Shown here: piece by piece, positions 61,083 to 64,000 of the stretch
Layout: the number at the start of each line of letters is the position of its first letter
Numbering within the stretch: position 1 is the stretch's first letter
DNA from: Chrysochromulina tobinii
Taxonomy: Eukaryota
Reading direction: 5' to 3'
Assembly: GCA_001275005.1 (NCBI GenBank)
Contig: JWZX01003320.1
Coordinates: 1 to 64,000 of the forward strand
DNA length: 64,000 nucleotides
Position numbers and translations under genes: made by a program
Notes under the pieces: generated by a model
What the model was told of the DNA's origin: nothing
The model's database searches: none
The model's input: only the letters and a program-made list of their open reading frames with translations

Positions 61083-61867
61083 ACCCAAATGTACTTTACG
61101 TGAACCTACCGCGCTCCAGCCTCCACGGAGACCGCACGCAGCACCCAGCACGCACGCGCAGCACGTTCGCACAGAGCACGCACACACTGCACGCACACGC
61201 TCGCGGCACGCGCGCATCGTCCATTGATTCGGTATCATCTTACAACCGTTGGGGCGTTGCGCGTTGGCATGCGTTATCCCTTCTGCCGTTCTTTGTGTGT
61301 CCATCTTTGTGTGTCCATCTTTGTGTGTCCATCCTCGTGCACCTCAAATGCATACGTTTCTGGCTCACGAGGATGAAGGATACCAGTCTTGCCGCTCATG
61401 AATAATGCTGCTCATGGGACCAGTCACAATCATGCCGCTCCCCGGCGCGGGTGCCGTCGCGCCGAAGGGTGACAGCAACTCCTGGGACCGTCCTCGTCCA
61501 TGGCCGGTGCCCAACACCCTCTCACTGCGCTGCGCCATCTGCGCGCTGAGGAACGTGGCCATGGGGCTGAGCGGCAAGATGGGCGGACGCGGCAATAGTT
61601 ACGCTCGCCACAAGAACGAAGACGCGCGCATGAGCTTGCTTTTTGCCGCGAGAGCGAGCGCAAAAAACACCCAATCTATTTGAGGCAACTCCTGGCACAT
61701 TCTTTCAGGTTGGTCACAGCAAAAACCCAAACGCAAACATTCGAAGATGCCGAAAGAGATGGAGCTCGTTCGACTCCGGCCGACGACTCTACACTCGAAA
61801 GAACCAACCTGTTTTATACATGTCGACGATGAAAAGGCTCCGTCACGTTCGACGTTGCCTCTCTGCA

Positions 61868-62474
61868 AGGCGCTACACGGCTTGCGACAGGTCGAGGCCA
61901 AGCTAGGAGACGAGGAGGCTCGCCTCGCTCTCTTGAACGAGAAGCTCGCGTCCCTGCTCGACCGGTATTACTCCGGTAGCGCGCCGTCGTGGGCGCACCA
62001 GCCCCTTTTGCTCACCGCAGGGCGTCGGACCTGGCAACACTGCCTAAACACTGCCGGTCCGATCGTGCAACGCTGCCAGTGTTGCAGTGTTGCACGACGT
62101 CCGAGCGGATCTGGCAACACTGCTGGGTGCTGGTCCGATCGTGCGCCGTGCTTTCGGGAGGGTGGCCCGCCCGCCCGCCCCTTTTCAGAACGCCACCTCT
62201 ACCGTCCGTGCTGTGACACTTCTGCCATGTGGGTTCGGGATCTGCAGGATCGATTGTGTGTTATAGGGTTAGGGCTTAGGGACCCGCGCACGTGATCGTG
62301 TAAGACCCGCTCACGTGATCAGCTAATGATACATGTACATGTATGTGCAATTCCAACTCGTTTCTCAGGACGGGAGGCAGGTGCGGCCGAGCTCAGAGCT
62401 TCCCAGATCCCAGGACGGAGCGCGCTGCGTAAGCAGTAAGGGACGACATAGGCGGTCTCCGCTCTAGCTCGTAC
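61868..62474 (+). repeat. Copy 2 of the duplication (orphan channel C-terminus fragment and UTR)
   Basis: Starts AGGCGCTACACGGCTTGCGACAGGTCGAGG and ends CTCTAGCTCGTACG, with small indels relative to copy 1. Confidence 0.9.
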
Positions 62475-62903
62475 GGGGTATTCGGTTGCGCTGGTTTAGG
62501 TACTTGTGAGGTCAAGGGTGTGAGGTACTTGTGTGTTTCGACTAATTAGCTTGCTTGCTTGCCGCGCGCGCCTTCATTTCGCCGACCGCCTTCGAGCAGG
62601 CGCGGGGAGGCGCTCTGGGAGCGGGTGAAGGCAGGGTCGGGTTCGCTGGGGGCGGCCTCTTCTGAGTCGGCCGCGGGGAGCGGTCGGCTCCGGGCCTGCG
62701 GCTGTTGAGTCGGCCGCGGTTTCGGTCGTCGCGCTGACGTGCGGGTTGTGTGTTGTTGGTGGGTTTGGATGGTTGTGAGGTTCGTCTGTGTGGTCCGTGT
62801 GCCTTTGTGCGCCCGCGTGCCCCGTGTGCCCGTGTGTGTGTCCCGGCTCCCCCCGTTGTCTTTTTACCGGTACCGGTGCAGTTCCGGTCCGGTTTTGAAA
62901 CCA

Positions 62904-64000
62904 ATGCTCGCACGGCCTCCCATTACGCACAAGAATGGGGGATCACTCCTTGGGGGCGTCAAACACGGCATGGTCTTGCCCACGTTCTTGGCGTTGATGA
63001 GCGTGCCCGACCCACTGATGAGCGTGGCTCCACCGCCCCCGTTCATCATCGAGCCCATGCTGCCGCCGCGCGCAAAGCCCCCCAAGCTGGCCCCCACATC
63101 CCACGAGTGGGCCGTCCAGGCGGGCGGTGGATCGAGTGAGGCCGCAGGCCGCGCAATTGCGACCGATGGCGCAGGAGGGGCACTCGTGACCGGTCACTTC
63201 ACGACTGCAGGTTTATTCGGCTCCAAGTCGCTCCTAAGCCGCGGCGGGGAAGACGCTTTCGTGATGCACGTGACGGCGTCAGGGGACATCGACTGGGCCG
63301 TCCAGGCAGGTGGCACGGGTATCAATGACGAAGCGCGCAGCTCGGGCATCGCGCACGATGGCGCGGGGGGCGCTTTCGTGACGGGAGTTTTCAGTGGCAC
63401 GGCATCGTTCGGCGATACGTCACTCACAAGCCGCGGCTCTTTCGACGCTTTCGTGCTCCACGTGACGGCGTCGGGGCTCATCGACTGGGCCGTCCAGGCG
63501 GGAGGCGCGTCCTACGACCAAGGCTTCGGCATCGCGCACGATGGCACGAACGGTGGTGCTTTCGTGACGGGCACCTTCGCTGGCGAAGCGCACTTCGGCT
63601 CGTACGCCGTGACAAGCCGCGGCGTGTACGCCGTATTTGTGATGCACGTGACGGCGTCGGGCGTCATCGACTGGGTCGTCCAGGCGGGCGGCAAGGGCAC
63701 TGATAATGTAGGCCGCGGCATCGCACACGACGGCTCAGGGGGTGCTCTTGTGACGGGTACATTCGATGGCAGCGCTTCACAACCATGCTTCTCCTCGACT
63801 TCATCAGCATGCCATGCATGGTTCGGCTCGACCACGCTCACAACCCATGGCGATCTCGACACCTTTGTGATGCACGTGACGGCGTCGGGGGCCATCGACT
63901 GGGCCGTCACGGCGGGTACCTCGGCCCTTGATTGGGAGTGCATTTTCTGCGAAGTTTATGTCCTTGGCGTAGGCATCGCGCACGATGGCGCGGGGGGTGC
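62904..64000 (+). CDS. Beta-propeller repeat protein (SBBP-like), running off the window end; absent from the ORF track
   Basis: Open frame from ATG 62904 (alternative start 62970, MVLPTFLAL) with about 60-aa repeats DAFVMHVTASGxIDWAVQAGG...GIAHDGxGGAFVTGxF. Confidence 0.8.
   Translation, partial: MLARPPITHKNGGSLLGGVKHGMVLPTFLALMSVPDPLMSVAPPPPFIIEPMLPPRAKPPKLAPTSHEWAVQAGGGSSEAAGRAIATDGAGGALVTGHFTTAGLFGSKSLLSRGGEDAFVMHVTASGDIDWAVQAGGTGINDEARSSGIAHDGAGGAFVTGVFSGTASFGDTSLTSRGSFDAFVLHVTASGLIDWAVQAGGASYDQGFGIAHDGTNGGAFVTGTFAGEAHFGSYAVTSRGVYAVFVMHVTASGVIDWVVQAGGKGTDNVGRGIAHDGSGGALVTGTFDGSASQPCFSSTSSACHAWFGSTTLTTHGDLDTFVMHVTASGAIDWAVTAGTSALDWECIFCEVYVLGVGIAHDGAGG

Noticed and set aside
61405..61683. 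92-aa ORF between the duplicated segments
   Set aside because: It is short with no recognisable motif, and such ORFs are expected by chance in GC-rich DNA.
63194..63943. Minus-strand ORFs in the track
   Set aside because: These are antisense to the plus-strand propeller-repeat frame, which is uninterrupted.

Overview
This is a GC-rich, gene-dense eukaryotic window with GT-AG spliceosomal introns. The style suggests a haptophyte-type alga, but that is inference only. About 25 protein-coding genes can be supported, including an M1 aminopeptidase (pepN-like), a spliced TOM5-like microprotein that the ORF track misses, RPN5/PSMD12, a split two-repeat Myb, a RINGv-DUF179 fusion, WDR76/CMR1, a 2OG-oxygenase-like/Ctr/HMA fusion, PEX1, two BspA-type LRR genes and a KCNH/CNBD-type K+ channel. 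The main signal is in the introns. Most of them share one build: a roughly 8-55 nt copy of the adjacent exon sequence, then arrays from a small vocabulary of micro-repeats (TGATGACCTC, TGATTGCCAC, TGATTGCATGC, TGAATG), and often one of two stereotyped splice-acceptor modules (A: CTGATTGCCTCCCTCATCAG; B: GCATGCAAGTGCTCACCACGGCGCCC...CCCCACAG), always on the sense strand. Several introns show repeated rounds of this process, three contain a copy of the spliced exon-exon junction, and the same duplication-plus-filler scar also occurs outside introns. Together this suggests an active process that creates and rebuilds introns by duplication plus templated filler. A second signal is two genes with a fused Skp1-like + F-box-like + LRR architecture. 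All calls come from reading the sequence; no searches or RNA data were available.
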